A DNA stretch of 64,000 bases, from contig OY776510.1 in NCBI GenBank assembly GCA_963675665.1, forward strand, positions 3,776,001 to 3,840,000. Reading direction: 5' to 3'. The notes under the pieces were generated by a model. It was not told where the DNA came from. It ran no database searches and saw only the letters and a program-made list of their open reading frames with translations. The DNA comes from Spirochaetia bacterium (GTDB lineage Bacteria; Spirochaetota; Spirochaetia; UBA9216). Positions 19,406-29,119 of the stretch are shown piece by piece; within the stretch, counting starts at the first letter, position 1, and each line of letters begins with the position of its first letter. The translations under genes were made by a program, and so were the position numbers.

Positions 19406-20065
19406 ATGAGCGATTCCAAAAATACTTTAAAATCCCAGGTTTACGAAAGCATACTTACCAAAATCATAAACAATGAATTTCCAATGGAATCGCTGCTTGT
19501 CGAAAATCAACTGACAAAAATGTTCAATGTCAGCAGGGCGCCTGTTCGAGAGGCTCTTATCGAATTGTGCCGTGAAGACATTCTCACCAACATTCCACGG
19601 GCCGGATACCAGATTGTCCGTATTTCGGAAAAGCAGATGCGTGATGCGTTTCAGCTTCGTTTGATTCTTGAACTGGAAGGCTGTCGCCTTGCTTTTGAAA
19701 GAATGTCCGACGCAAATGTTGAAGAACTGACAAATATTGCAGCAGACTCGGACCGTATCAGGGCTGAGGGAAAAAGCTCTGATTCTCTTGATTTAAAAAT
19801 GCAGCTTAATGATCAGTTTCATTTGCGTCTGAACGAGCTTTCCGGTAATGCGCTAATTCATAAAACACTCACTGAAACATTCAATCTTATCAGAAGAGGT
19901 CTGGCTCAGGTAATGATACAGGAATACGGACTGCCCTCTCCCGACATCACATATCATACCGGGCTGGTTCAGGGATTACAGGAAAGAAACCTGGAAAAGG
20001 CGTTAGAAAACCTGGAAAATGACATTCTTGTTTACAAGCAGAATGTATGGAGCAGAGTTTTTTAA
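19406..20065 (+). CDS. GntR family (FCD type) transcriptional regulator
   Basis: N-terminal LTKMFNVSRAPVREAL HTH; FCD motifs NDQFH and SGN. Confidence 0.9.
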   Translation: MSDSKNTLKSQVYESILTKIINNEFPMESLLVENQLTKMFNVSRAPVREALIELCREDILTNIPRAGYQIVRISEKQMRDAFQLRLILELEGCRLAFERMSDANVEELTNIAADSDRIRAEGKSSDSLDLKMQLNDQFHLRLNELSGNALIHKTLTETFNLIRRGLAQVMIQEYGLPSPDITYHTGLVQGLQERNLEKALENLENDILVYKQNVWSRVF

Positions 20066-20127
20066 TCATATGTAACGGAGGTAACCCCTTAACGGGCTTC
20101 CGAACAAATTTTTATAATGGAGGAATT

Positions 20128-21267
20128 ATGAAAAGCAAAGCAAAGGTTATCGTTATCCTGCTTGTTCTGGCACTGCTGGCAATACCTGTTTTCGCAGGCG
20201 GTCAGCAGGAAGCAAGCAACGATGACAGCGACACAATCCACATCGCGCTGACGGCGCCGATTACCGGAGATTACTCCGAATACGGCAAAAACTTTCAACG
20301 CTCTGTAGAGATGGGAATTGAGTTTATCAATGCAGACGGCGGTGTACTTGGAAAAGAACTTGTTCTTTCGGTAGGCGATTCCAAAGGCGACCCCAAAGAA
20401 TCAGCAACGCTGGCACAGAAATGGACTTCTGATCCTACTATTGTTGCGCAGATTGGAGACTTTACTTCTACCTGTTGTATGGCTTCACAGCCTATCTACG
20501 ATCAGGCACAGATGGTACAGCTCTCACCTACTGCCAGTCATACAGATTATGCAAAGGGTTCAACCTGGAGCTTCGGCATAGTCGGTACACAGGCAGCAGA
20601 AGGTCCTTTCATGGCTGATTTTGCATACAATGAGCTGGGACTCAGAACAATTGCAGTCATCAACATTAATAATGACTGGGGCGTTGATACCCAGAAATAC
20701 TTCTCTGAAGCCTTCAAAAAACTCGGCGGTAAAATAATAGCAAAAGAATCTTACTTCGATGGAGAAAAAGACTTTACTGCAATATTGACAAAACTGAAAA
20801 CTTCAAATCCGGATGCTCTTTTCATGGCAGCCATGTATAACGACGGTGCGCTTATCAGCAAACAGCGCGCTAAACTTGGATGGGATGTTACAGTAGTCGG
20901 ACCTTCTTCACTTTATTCAGAACAGCTTCTTAATCTGGGCGGAGACGCAGTTGAAGGACTTTATACCAATGTAAGTTTCTTTACTGAAGATCCGGATCCT
21001 GCAGTACAGTCATATGTATCTGAATTCGAATCACGTTACGGCATCAAACCTAATTTCCACGCTGCACTTGCTTTCGATGCTATCAACCTTCTTGCAGATG
21101 CAATTGAAAAAGCCGGAACAACAGATCGGGCCGCAATACGTGAAGCTCTTTCCGGCACAAAGGACTTTGACGCTCTTACGGGATCAATTACCTTCACTCC
21201 GGTAGGTGACGCTGTTAAACAGTACACAAGAGTATGGATCAAGGACGGAAAATTCAAGGTTTATTAA
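20128..21267 (+). CDS. Liv-type (branched-chain amino acid family) ABC substrate-binding protein
   Basis: GGAGG SD then MKSKAK; APITGD, INADGGVLGK, DSKGDPKES, LTGSITF motifs. Confidence 0.9.
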   Translation: MKSKAKVIVILLVLALLAIPVFAGGQQEASNDDSDTIHIALTAPITGDYSEYGKNFQRSVEMGIEFINADGGVLGKELVLSVGDSKGDPKESATLAQKWTSDPTIVAQIGDFTSTCCMASQPIYDQAQMVQLSPTASHTDYAKGSTWSFGIVGTQAAEGPFMADFAYNELGLRTIAVININNDWGVDTQKYFSEAFKKLGGKIIAKESYFDGEKDFTAILTKLKTSNPDALFMAAMYNDGALISKQRAKLGWDVTVVGPSSLYSEQLLNLGGDAVEGLYTNVSFFTEDPDPAVQSYVSEFESRYGIKPNFHAALAFDAINLLADAIEKAGTTDRAAIREALSGTKDFDALTGSITFTPVGDAVKQYTRVWIKDGKFKVY

Positions 21268-21288
21268 AACCTGTTCAATTCTATCTAT

Positions 21289-21311
21289 GGAGCCTGGTAA
21301 TGCCAGGCTCC
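21289..21311 (+). terminator. Intra-operon stem-loop after the binding-protein gene
   Basis: GGAGCCTGG-taatg-CCAGGCTCC with a weak U tract; typical mRNA-stabilising/attenuating hairpin. Confidence 0.6.
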
Positions 21312-21342
21312 ACTTTCAAGAATCAAGTTTAAGGGGTTACTG

Positions 21343-22209
21343 ATGTTACTGCAACAGTTAATTAATGGTATTACCCAGGGCAGTATTTTCGCACTTTTAG
21401 CAATTTGTTTTTCGCTGGTCTGGGGATTATTGAAAATGGTAAACTTCGCGCTGGGCGAAATATATATGTTCGGCGGTTTCATGGGCTGGCTTATAGTCAC
21501 ATATTTTACCAAAAATATTTTTGTAGCCATGGCGGCCGGAATCATCATCGGCTGGTTTCTTGGCTGGATAATAGAGAAATCAGCATTCAAGGCACTTCGC
21601 GGTGCACCTCATATAGCATCGCTTATTTGTACCCTTGGGTTCTCGGTACTTCTCAAAGAGCTTGCTAACGTTCTGTTCGGTGCCGAGACAAAATCAATGC
21701 CCGATTTTTTCAGCTCTTCAGCTTTCACTATCGGACCGGCAAATATTACCTGGCTTCAGGTGATAATGATTGTCACTGCGGTAATCATTCTGGTCGGTCT
21801 GCAGTTGTTCATTTATAAAACGAAACTCGGTCTTGGGATCAGGGCAGTTTCGCTTGATTACCAGGCAGCAGGCTTAATGGGAATCAATGTAGACAGGGTA
21901 ATTTCTGTTGCATTTTCACTATCCGGAGCTCTTGCTGGTTTAATTGGTGTTCTCGGGGCAACTTACTATAATGCTGTAAATCCGCATATCGGGTTTGCAC
22001 CAGGAATGAAGGGATTCACAGCCGCGGTTTTCGGCGGAATAACATCTATCCCGGGAGCAATTCTCGGCGGCTATCTGTTAGGCATTATTGAGAACCTCAG
22101 TGTTCAGTTTGTTGCATCGGGGTACAGGGACTTTATCGCATATTCGATTCTGATCCTGTTTCTGCTCTTCAGACCGAACGGAATTCTCGGTAAAAAATCC
22201 AAGCTGTAG
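21343..22209 (+). CDS. Liv-type ABC permease (LivH-like)
   Basis: QQLINGI, VNFALGE, GLGIRAVS, GGITSIPGA motifs. Confidence 0.9.
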   Translation: MLLQQLINGITQGSIFALLAICFSLVWGLLKMVNFALGEIYMFGGFMGWLIVTYFTKNIFVAMAAGIIIGWFLGWIIEKSAFKALRGAPHIASLICTLGFSVLLKELANVLFGAETKSMPDFFSSSAFTIGPANITWLQVIMIVTAVIILVGLQLFIYKTKLGLGIRAVSLDYQAAGLMGINVDRVISVAFSLSGALAGLIGVLGATYYNAVNPHIGFAPGMKGFTAAVFGGITSIPGAILGGYLLGIIENLSVQFVASGYRDFIAYSILILFLLFRPNGILGKKSKL

Positions 22210-22221
22210 GGGGTAATTAAA

Positions 22222-23229
22222 ATGGATAAATTCAAGAAATTCGCCGCCGAACACAAGCTTGTTTTCGGTATAGTCATTGCTGTCCTGCTTGTTCTGGCGC
22301 CTTTTATTCTCGGCAGCCCCTATCTTGTCAGGGTTGCTATAATGATTTGCATATTCGTTATTCTTTCATCCAGTCTCAATCTGATTATTGGATTCACCGG
22401 AATGTTTTCACTGGCGCATGCCGCATTCTACGGCCTCGGCGCTTACTGTTCCGCCCTTCTTGCAACCAACTTCGGTCTTCCCTTCCTTGTGACTCTGCCG
22501 ATTGCCGGAATCTTTGCGGGACTGCTCGGAGCATTTGTAGGCCTGGCCACATTAAGACTCAGAGAGACATTCCTGGTATTCGGGACCCTTGCCTTCGGCG
22601 AGATAGTACGAATCGTTATAATGAACTGGAATTCCGTCACCAGGGGGCCAATGGGCGTGCCCGGAATACCTTTTCCGAAAATATTCGGACTGGAATTCAG
22701 CAATTATACCCTTTATTACTACCTTGTGCTTGTATTTGCTGCCGTTATCGTATTTTTGATATACAGAATGTACAATTCCAGAATCGGCCGTGCGTTTATC
22801 GCTCTTCGTGAGGATGAAACAGGTGCCTCTTCAATGGGAGTTTTCGTCTTCGGCTACAAGGTATGGGCTTTTACTCTCGGCTGTTTTTTTGCCGGAATTG
22901 CCGGAGCGCTTTATGCACACTTTGTGAGATACATTTCTGCCGACCAGTTCGGAGTTAACGAATCCTTCGCTATTCTCACCATGGTTGCGCTCGGCGGAAC
23001 GGGTTCAATTATAGGGCCTATTGTCGGCGCTGTGATTCTCATGGTTTTCCCGGAGCTGTTCAGGTTCCTCGAAGAATACCGAATGGTTCTCTACGGGTTG
23101 ATTCTTATTTCAATAATGATGTTCAAACCCGAGGGCATAGCAGGATTCAAGGGAATGTTTCCACGAGATTTTGATATGTCGTCCATATTCAAACGCCGCA
23201 AAAAAGTTGCTGAATCGGAGGAGGCATAA
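22222..23229 (+). CDS. Liv-type ABC permease (LivM-like)
   Basis: SLAHAAFYGLGAY, TLAFGEI, ALREDE, KPEGI motifs. Confidence 0.9.
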   Translation: MDKFKKFAAEHKLVFGIVIAVLLVLAPFILGSPYLVRVAIMICIFVILSSSLNLIIGFTGMFSLAHAAFYGLGAYCSALLATNFGLPFLVTLPIAGIFAGLLGAFVGLATLRLRETFLVFGTLAFGEIVRIVIMNWNSVTRGPMGVPGIPFPKIFGLEFSNYTLYYYLVLVFAAVIVFLIYRMYNSRIGRAFIALREDETGASSMGVFVFGYKVWAFTLGCFFAGIAGALYAHFVRYISADQFGVNESFAILTMVALGGTGSIIGPIVGAVILMVFPELFRFLEEYRMVLYGLILISIMMFKPEGIAGFKGMFPRDFDMSSIFKRRKKVAESEEA

Positions 23230-23231
23230 TT

Positions 23232-23996
23232 ATGATACTTGATATTAAGAATTTAAATAAATCCTTCGGCGGACTCAAGGCTGTAAACAATGTTAATATG
23301 ACGGTTGAAAAAAACAGTATTCATGCTGTTATCGGTCCCAACGGCGCCGGAAAAACAACATTCTTCAATTGTATAACCTCTATAAAACCGTCAGATTCAG
23401 GTGAGATAATCTGGAAAGGAGAAGATATTGCAGGGCTGTCCACACATGTAATTTCAACAAAAGGCATATCACGAACCTTTCAGAATATAAGGCTTTTCTC
23501 CTACATGTCCGTGCTTGATAATGTACTTGTCGGTACGCATAACCTGACAAAATCATTCATTCTTGACGCATGTTTCCACAGCAGCCGATATCGTCGTGAA
23601 GAGAAGGAAATGCGTGAATTCGGAATGGACCTTTTAAATAAAGTCGGCCTTGCCGATAAAGCCGGCGAATACGCTAAAAACCTTCCTTACGGAGAACAGC
23701 GGAAACTTGAGATAGCTAGAGCAATGGGCAGTAAACCCGAAATCCTTCTTCTAGATGAACCTGCAGCAGGCATGAACAGCCACGAAACGGCTGAACTCGT
23801 AGATTTTATCAGCGTACTGAAAGATGAAGGTTTTACCATTCTTCTAATTGAGCACGATATGAAGCTTGTAATGAGCCTGGCCGATATAATTTCAGTTATT
23901 GATTACGGCAGCAAGATAGCTGAAGGAGCCGCTGCTGATATTCAGTCGAATGAACGGGTAATTGAAGCCTATCTCGGCAAGAGGAGGTACGAATAA
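23232..23996 (+). CDS. Liv-type ABC ATPase (LivG-like)
   Basis: FGGLKAV, GPNGAGKTT, LPYGEQRKLEIARA, IEHDM, EAYLG. Confidence 0.92.
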   Translation: MILDIKNLNKSFGGLKAVNNVNMTVEKNSIHAVIGPNGAGKTTFFNCITSIKPSDSGEIIWKGEDIAGLSTHVISTKGISRTFQNIRLFSYMSVLDNVLVGTHNLTKSFILDACFHSSRYRREEKEMREFGMDLLNKVGLADKAGEYAKNLPYGEQRKLEIARAMGSKPEILLLDEPAAGMNSHETAELVDFISVLKDEGFTILLIEHDMKLVMSLADIISVIDYGSKIAEGAAADIQSNERVIEAYLGKRRYE

Positions 23997-24712
23997 TGGG
24001 AATACTTGATATTAATAAACTTGTAGTACATTACGGAAAAATAAATGCGCTTAAGGGCGTTTCCCTTTCGGTTGAAGCCGGAGATATTGTTACAATAATC
24101 GGAGCAAACGGAGCCGGCAAAACTACTCTTCTTCAGACTGTAAGCGGCGTTATCCGGCCCACATCCGGCACTGTAAAATTCAACGGTAAGAATATTACCG
24201 GAGAACGATCGGACAACATCCTCAAACTCGGGGTAGCTCATGTTCCTGAAGGAAGACGTGTTTTCTCCGAACTTTCGGTTGAGGACAACCTCCTTTGCGG
24301 GGCCTACCTTAACAATAACAAAGAGGACAAAAAGCGGCTGCTTGATGAACAGTATGAGCTTTTTCCCAGGCTTGCCGAACGCAAAACCCAGGAGGCAGGA
24401 AGTCTCTCAGGCGGCGAGCAGCAAATGCTGGCTATTGCAAGGGGCATGATGTCCAAACCCGGAATTCTTCTTCTTGATGAACCGAGCCTTGGTCTGGCTC
24501 CGATTCTGGTAGAGCGTATTTTCGACATGATCGCCGAGATCAACAAAAAAGGAACTACAATACTCCTGGTTGAACAGAATGCAAATATAGCTCTCCACGT
24601 AGCTTCCTACGGCTACATACTCGAAACGGGAAAGATAACGGTTGAAGATACAACCGAAGTACTGAGAAGCGATGACACCGTTCAGAAAGCATATCTCGGT
24701 ATAGCAGATTAG
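23996..24712 (+). CDS. Liv-type ABC ATPase (LivF-like)
   Basis: GANGAGKTT, VPEGRRVF, LSGGEQQML, DEPSLGLAP, VEQN. Confidence 0.92.
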   Translation: MGILDINKLVVHYGKINALKGVSLSVEAGDIVTIIGANGAGKTTLLQTVSGVIRPTSGTVKFNGKNITGERSDNILKLGVAHVPEGRRVFSELSVEDNLLCGAYLNNNKEDKKRLLDEQYELFPRLAERKTQEAGSLSGGEQQMLAIARGMMSKPGILLLDEPSLGLAPILVERIFDMIAEINKKGTTILLVEQNANIALHVASYGYILETGKITVEDTTEVLRSDDTVQKAYLGIAD

Positions 24713-24723
24713 ATGGGGGAACA

Positions 24724-25656
24724 ATGAATAAAATTGAACGGATAGACGCAGTGCTTGCCGGTGAAAAACCGGATCGCGCGCCTGTTTCATGCTGGTATCA
24801 TTTCGGGCTGCAGTATCTGCCGGGAGAACAGTTTGCCGATATAGTGCTTTCTTTTTTTGAACATTATGATTTTGACTGGCTCAAGGTGATGAATGACTAT
24901 TTTTATCCCATGCCCGACGGTATGACGGCACTCAAAACTGCCGGTGATCTTGAAAAAATAAAAATATTCGATATCGACAACTCTCCTTTTATCGAACAGT
25001 TACGCGCTATTGCCAAAATATCAAAAGCGCTTGAAGGAAAAGCCTATTTCTGCGATACGATATTTGATCCGTATCAGGCGTTCCAGAAAAGTCCGGTAGG
25101 CGAACATTTGCCGCGGCTGATGAAAGAAGAACCGGATGCTGTTCTGAGTGCGCTGGATATTGTCAGCGACAATATAATTACCTATGCAAAAAGAACACTT
25201 GAAGCAGGCACTCACGGCATTTTCATGTCCGTTCTTGCCGGTACCGATCAGATGAGCAGAGAAGATTTTCTGAAATTCGAAAAACCCTTTGCGATGAAGG
25301 TTTTTGATGCAGTCAAGGACATGGGAGCAATGAACACCGCACATCTTCACGGTAAAAACGTGGACATAACAAATTGCCTGGACTTTCCTGTATCAGTTTT
25401 CAGCTGGGAAGACAGGCTTCCGGGCAATTTAAGCCTTGCCGAAATGAAAGCTCAATGGAACGGCTGTGTAATGGGCGGTCTTGATAATACAATCATGACC
25501 CGCAGAACACCGGAAGCGCTTATGAAACATACACGCGAGGGAATGGAGCTCGGCGGCGACAGCAGGTTCTTTCTTGCCAACGGCTGCAGCACTCCCGGTC
25601 ATATGGATCCTTATGCGCTTAAAGCAATGGTGGATGTAGCCCAGGGAAAACTTTAA
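24724..25656 (+). CDS. Uroporphyrinogen decarboxylase/MtaA-like (URO-D superfamily) protein
   Basis: GEKPDRAPVS start, EDFLKFEKPF, HLHG, MGGLD, FFLANGCS layout; not a canonical HemE. Confidence 0.8.
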   Translation: MNKIERIDAVLAGEKPDRAPVSCWYHFGLQYLPGEQFADIVLSFFEHYDFDWLKVMNDYFYPMPDGMTALKTAGDLEKIKIFDIDNSPFIEQLRAIAKISKALEGKAYFCDTIFDPYQAFQKSPVGEHLPRLMKEEPDAVLSALDIVSDNIITYAKRTLEAGTHGIFMSVLAGTDQMSREDFLKFEKPFAMKVFDAVKDMGAMNTAHLHGKNVDITNCLDFPVSVFSWEDRLPGNLSLAEMKAQWNGCVMGGLDNTIMTRRTPEALMKHTREGMELGGDSRFFLANGCSTPGHMDPYALKAMVDVAQGKL

Positions 25657-25663
25657 GAAACTT

Positions 25664-27154
25664 ATGAATTACCTTATTGTGGACTACGGAACTTCAAGCT
25701 GCCGTGCATCTCTTGTCAGCAGTGATTCAGGCAAAATAATTGCCTCATGCAGGAAAGATACCTCTGTATTGACTGTAAACAAATCAGCAGAAATTGATAC
25801 AGATACAGCCTGGGATTCAGTTCTGTCCGTAATCAGGCACATTTCAGACAATAATGCCGCCGCAGAGATTTCCGCGGTCGGGATAAGTTCGCTTCTGGGG
25901 TGGGTTTTTCTGAACAAAAACAACACTCCTGTTCAAAACAGTATTATATGGATGGATGCCCGAAACAGTACTTCGCTTGAAACCAGCATCAAAGAAAACA
26001 GCTCTGCTGTCTACAAAAAAACCGGCCGTAAACTCAGCAACGAACTTCTTGTTTCCAAATGGGCCTGGCTTCTTGAAAACAGCCCGGAAACAGCAGAGTC
26101 CGCTGTGAAAATAATCAGTTTAAAAGACGAGTTTATACGAAGACTAACCGGTGAAATAATCACGGATATTGCACATCTTGATTATACAATGCTCTGGAAT
26201 ATCAGGCAGAACAATATCGATTCCGATATGCTTGAAATTGCAAATATTAAACCCGGAATGACGGCGCCTGCGCTCTACCCCTATCAACAGGCCGGTTTTG
26301 TATCGGGCGAAGCCGCAGCTGCAACCGGGTTAAAACAGGGGACTCCCGTTATTGCAGGTTCAATTGACGGAACCACTGCAATGTACGGAGGCGGCATGGC
26401 TGAAACCGGCAAAGCAGTTCTTGTATCCGGGACTACCGATGTACTCATGACGCTAACATCCGAATATTTCCCGGATAATCCCGGATGCAGTGATGTCCTT
26501 ACTGTTAATAACGGAATGGTTCCCGGTACCTTCGCAGCAGGAGGTTCAACCGGGACTTCGGGCGGGGCGTTACTCAGAATAGTCAATCTGTTCGGCGGAG
26601 AGCTGGAGAATCTTATTGACCAGGCCTCCGGAATCACGCCCGGGGCCGAAGGTCTTCTCTTCTCAGCCGGACTGTCCGGCGAACGGGCCCCATACTGGGA
26701 CCCGGATATTACTGGAGGCCTTTTCGGTCTGCGAATGAATCATAAACCCGGTCATATAATAAGAGCCCTGCTGGAAGGCACAGCTTTTCGCCTGAGAAGA
26801 CTCGCAGATGAATTATTCATCCTTACAGGCAAACCGGAAAATTTATTTGTACTTGGAGGAGGTTCTGAAATTGAATGCTGGAACAGTATAAAAGCTGATA
26901 TTTCAGGTATCCCCTTATGCCGTCCTGCTGAAACCGAGGCTACAACAATCGGCACCGCAATGTTTTGCGACTGCTTTATGAGGAATTCATCTGATATAGA
27001 AAAAGTAAGCAAAAAATGGATAAAATCCGGCACGGACTATCCTGTTGATTCTGAAAATCACGAGATCTACAGCAGGCTTTTCCGTATCTTTGAAGGTTTT
27101 ATTGAACAAAATAAAGAAAACTATGCTGCGTTAGGCAGATTTGCAAGGATATAA
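25664..27154 (+). CDS. FGGY family carbohydrate kinase (xylulokinase-like)
   Basis: VDYGTSS, IIWMDAR, LSGERAPYWD, RALLEG, LGGGS motifs. Confidence 0.88.
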   Translation: MNYLIVDYGTSSCRASLVSSDSGKIIASCRKDTSVLTVNKSAEIDTDTAWDSVLSVIRHISDNNAAAEISAVGISSLLGWVFLNKNNTPVQNSIIWMDARNSTSLETSIKENSSAVYKKTGRKLSNELLVSKWAWLLENSPETAESAVKIISLKDEFIRRLTGEIITDIAHLDYTMLWNIRQNNIDSDMLEIANIKPGMTAPALYPYQQAGFVSGEAAAATGLKQGTPVIAGSIDGTTAMYGGGMAETGKAVLVSGTTDVLMTLTSEYFPDNPGCSDVLTVNNGMVPGTFAAGGSTGTSGGALLRIVNLFGGELENLIDQASGITPGAEGLLFSAGLSGERAPYWDPDITGGLFGLRMNHKPGHIIRALLEGTAFRLRRLADELFILTGKPENLFVLGGGSEIECWNSIKADISGIPLCRPAETEATTIGTAMFCDCFMRNSSDIEKVSKKWIKSGTDYPVDSENHEIYSRLFRIFEGFIEQNKENYAALGRFARI

Positions 27155-27155
27155 T

Positions 27156-27647
27156 ATGAACAACGCCGAGATGGTTACTGAAAAAGAACTGATAACCAAA
27201 TTCAGGGCTGCAATTAAAGACAGAGCTACATGGTTTGCACTGCTCTATCGGGAGTTTCTGTCCGAACTTCCTGCGGCGACAGTCGAAAAGGCAAGCCGGA
27301 ACGCTATATATGCATACGGAAAGCTGAAAGCCTCACGGGATACAGCGGATTTTTCAGCAGGGGAGCTTCTTGACAATTTCGTAGAAACGGGGGGCGCAAA
27401 AATCTTCGATGCAAAAATTGAGAATACAGCTGAAGGAGTACTTAATAAAGTTCACAACTGCGCGCTTGTCGATGCATGGAAAGAAATGAACTGTTCACAG
27501 GAAGAAGTTGAACTATTCTGTGATATTGCGATGGACGGCGATCGGGGTCGCGCTGAAGGCCACGGTTTAACCCTCAAACTCAGGGAAACTCTGGCCAAAA
27601 ATGATGATTATTGCTGGATTTGCCTGTCTGATCCTGATAATAAATAA
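27156..27647 (+). CDS. L-2-aminothiazoline-4-carboxylate (ATC) hydrolase-like protein, paralog 1
   Basis: RATW, CALVDAW, CDIAMDGDRG and ETLA...C motifs shared with paralogs; start at ATG 27156. Confidence 0.75.
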   Translation: MNNAEMVTEKELITKFRAAIKDRATWFALLYREFLSELPAATVEKASRNAIYAYGKLKASRDTADFSAGELLDNFVETGGAKIFDAKIENTAEGVLNKVHNCALVDAWKEMNCSQEEVELFCDIAMDGDRGRAEGHGLTLKLRETLAKNDDYCWICLSDPDNK

Positions 27648-27671
27648 AACACACAAATTATGGAGACAAAT

Positions 27672-28160
27672 ATGAGCGAAAACAAGGAAATGGTTACCAA
27701 GGAAGAGATGATTACAAAAATCAGAGCAGCAATTAAGGACAGAGCTACATGGTTTGCCCTCCTTTATGAAGAATTCTGCAAAGAACTTCCTGAAGAAAAG
27801 GTTATTGAACTCAGCCGAAAAGCAATAACCAGGTACGGTTATATGAAAGCGGCAAAAGATCCTGAACCCTTCAAAGCAAAAGACTGGGTAATAAGACATA
27901 AGGATAAAGGATCTGCCGATGTCTTTGATTCGGATATTGAATACAATGATACTGAAGCAACGCAAAGAATGAAAAATTGTGCCCTTGTAGATGCCTGGAA
28001 AGAGATGAATTACAGTCCGGAAAAAATTGATCTTTTCTGCGATATTGCAATGGACGGTGACCGGGGCCGGGCTCAGGGTCACGACAATATTATAATGGAG
28101 TTACATGAGACCATTGGCAAGGGGTGTGATTTCTGCAGACTGGTTATAAAAGAAAAATAG
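27672..28160 (+). CDS. ATC hydrolase-like protein, paralog 2
   Basis: Same motifs; several blocks identical to paralog 1; GGAG SD before ATG 27672. Confidence 0.75.
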   Translation: MSENKEMVTKEEMITKIRAAIKDRATWFALLYEEFCKELPEEKVIELSRKAITRYGYMKAAKDPEPFKAKDWVIRHKDKGSADVFDSDIEYNDTEATQRMKNCALVDAWKEMNYSPEKIDLFCDIAMDGDRGRAQGHDNIIMELHETIGKGCDFCRLVIKEK

Positions 28161-28175
28161 TCGGAGGATGGATAG

Positions 28176-28724
28176 TTGAACATTTATTTCTGCGGAATGA
28201 TTGGCACCGGCAAAACTACCATCGGGCTGAAACTTTCTGAAGAGCTTGGGCTTGATTTCTATGATCTTGATCGTGTTATGGACAACAGACTCGGTTATTC
28301 ATTTCACAAACTGGTAGCAGAAAAAGGCTGGCTGGCATTCAGGGAACTTGAATATTCAATCTGCCGCGATTTTTCAAAAAAGAAAAACTCAATAATATGC
28401 CTCGGCGGCGGTACGGTTCGATACGACTGGAACGTCGATATTCTGAAACCAACAGGAAAATTGATTCTTTTCGAAGCATCAATTGCAGTACTGGTTAACC
28501 GTGTATCGAAGGCGGACAGGCCCCGGGTCAATGAAGGTGTAAGCCTTGAAGAGGACCTTCGAATTATGTATGAACAATCGCATGACAAGTATCTTGCCGC
28601 CGCAGATATTATTTATCGGACAGACAAAAAATCTGAAGATGAAGAAGTTCAGGACATCAAAGATATGATTTTTACAGATCCGGATCTGTCTGAAATTAAA
28701 TTACATTGCAAATCATCAGCATAA
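28176..28724 (+). CDS. Shikimate kinase-like P-loop kinase
   Basis: GMIGTGKTT, DLD, FRELE, LGGGTV and RP motifs; TTG start with GGAGG SD. Confidence 0.8.
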   Translation: MNIYFCGMIGTGKTTIGLKLSEELGLDFYDLDRVMDNRLGYSFHKLVAEKGWLAFRELEYSICRDFSKKKNSIICLGGGTVRYDWNVDILKPTGKLILFEASIAVLVNRVSKADRPRVNEGVSLEEDLRIMYEQSHDKYLAAADIIYRTDKKSEDEEVQDIKDMIFTDPDLSEIKLHCKSSA

Positions 28725-28735
28725 AGGAGAATTAT

Positions 28736-29116
28736 ATGAAAGAAATAATTAATACTGAAAAGGCCCCGTCCGCTATCGGGCCATATTCACAGGCCGTTAA
28801 AATAAACGGCTTTGTATATACTTCCGGACAGCTCGGTATTAACCCGGCAACAGGAGAACTTCCGGAAGGAGTTGAAGCCCAAACTGAAGCTTCCATTAAA
28901 AACGCCGAAGCGATTCTGAATGCCGAAGGATTAACGCTTTCCGATGTCTTTAAAACTCTGGTGTTTATTAAAGACATGAATGATTTCGGAAAGGTCAATA
29001 ATGTATACAGCAGATTTTTCACCGAAAATTTCCCTGCGCGAAGCTGTGTTGAAGTTGCCAGACTTCCAAAGGATGCGCTTGTTGAAATTGAATTCATTGC
29101 CGGCTGTCAGGAATAA
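28736..29116 (+). CDS. ridA: RidA enamine/imine deaminase
   Basis: APSAIGPYSQA, SGQLG, FPARSCVEVARLPK, VEIE. Confidence 0.92.
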   Translation: MKEIINTEKAPSAIGPYSQAVKINGFVYTSGQLGINPATGELPEGVEAQTEASIKNAEAILNAEGLTLSDVFKTLVFIKDMNDFGKVNNVYSRFFTENFPARSCVEVARLPKDALVEIEFIAGCQE

Positions 29117-29119
29117 TAA

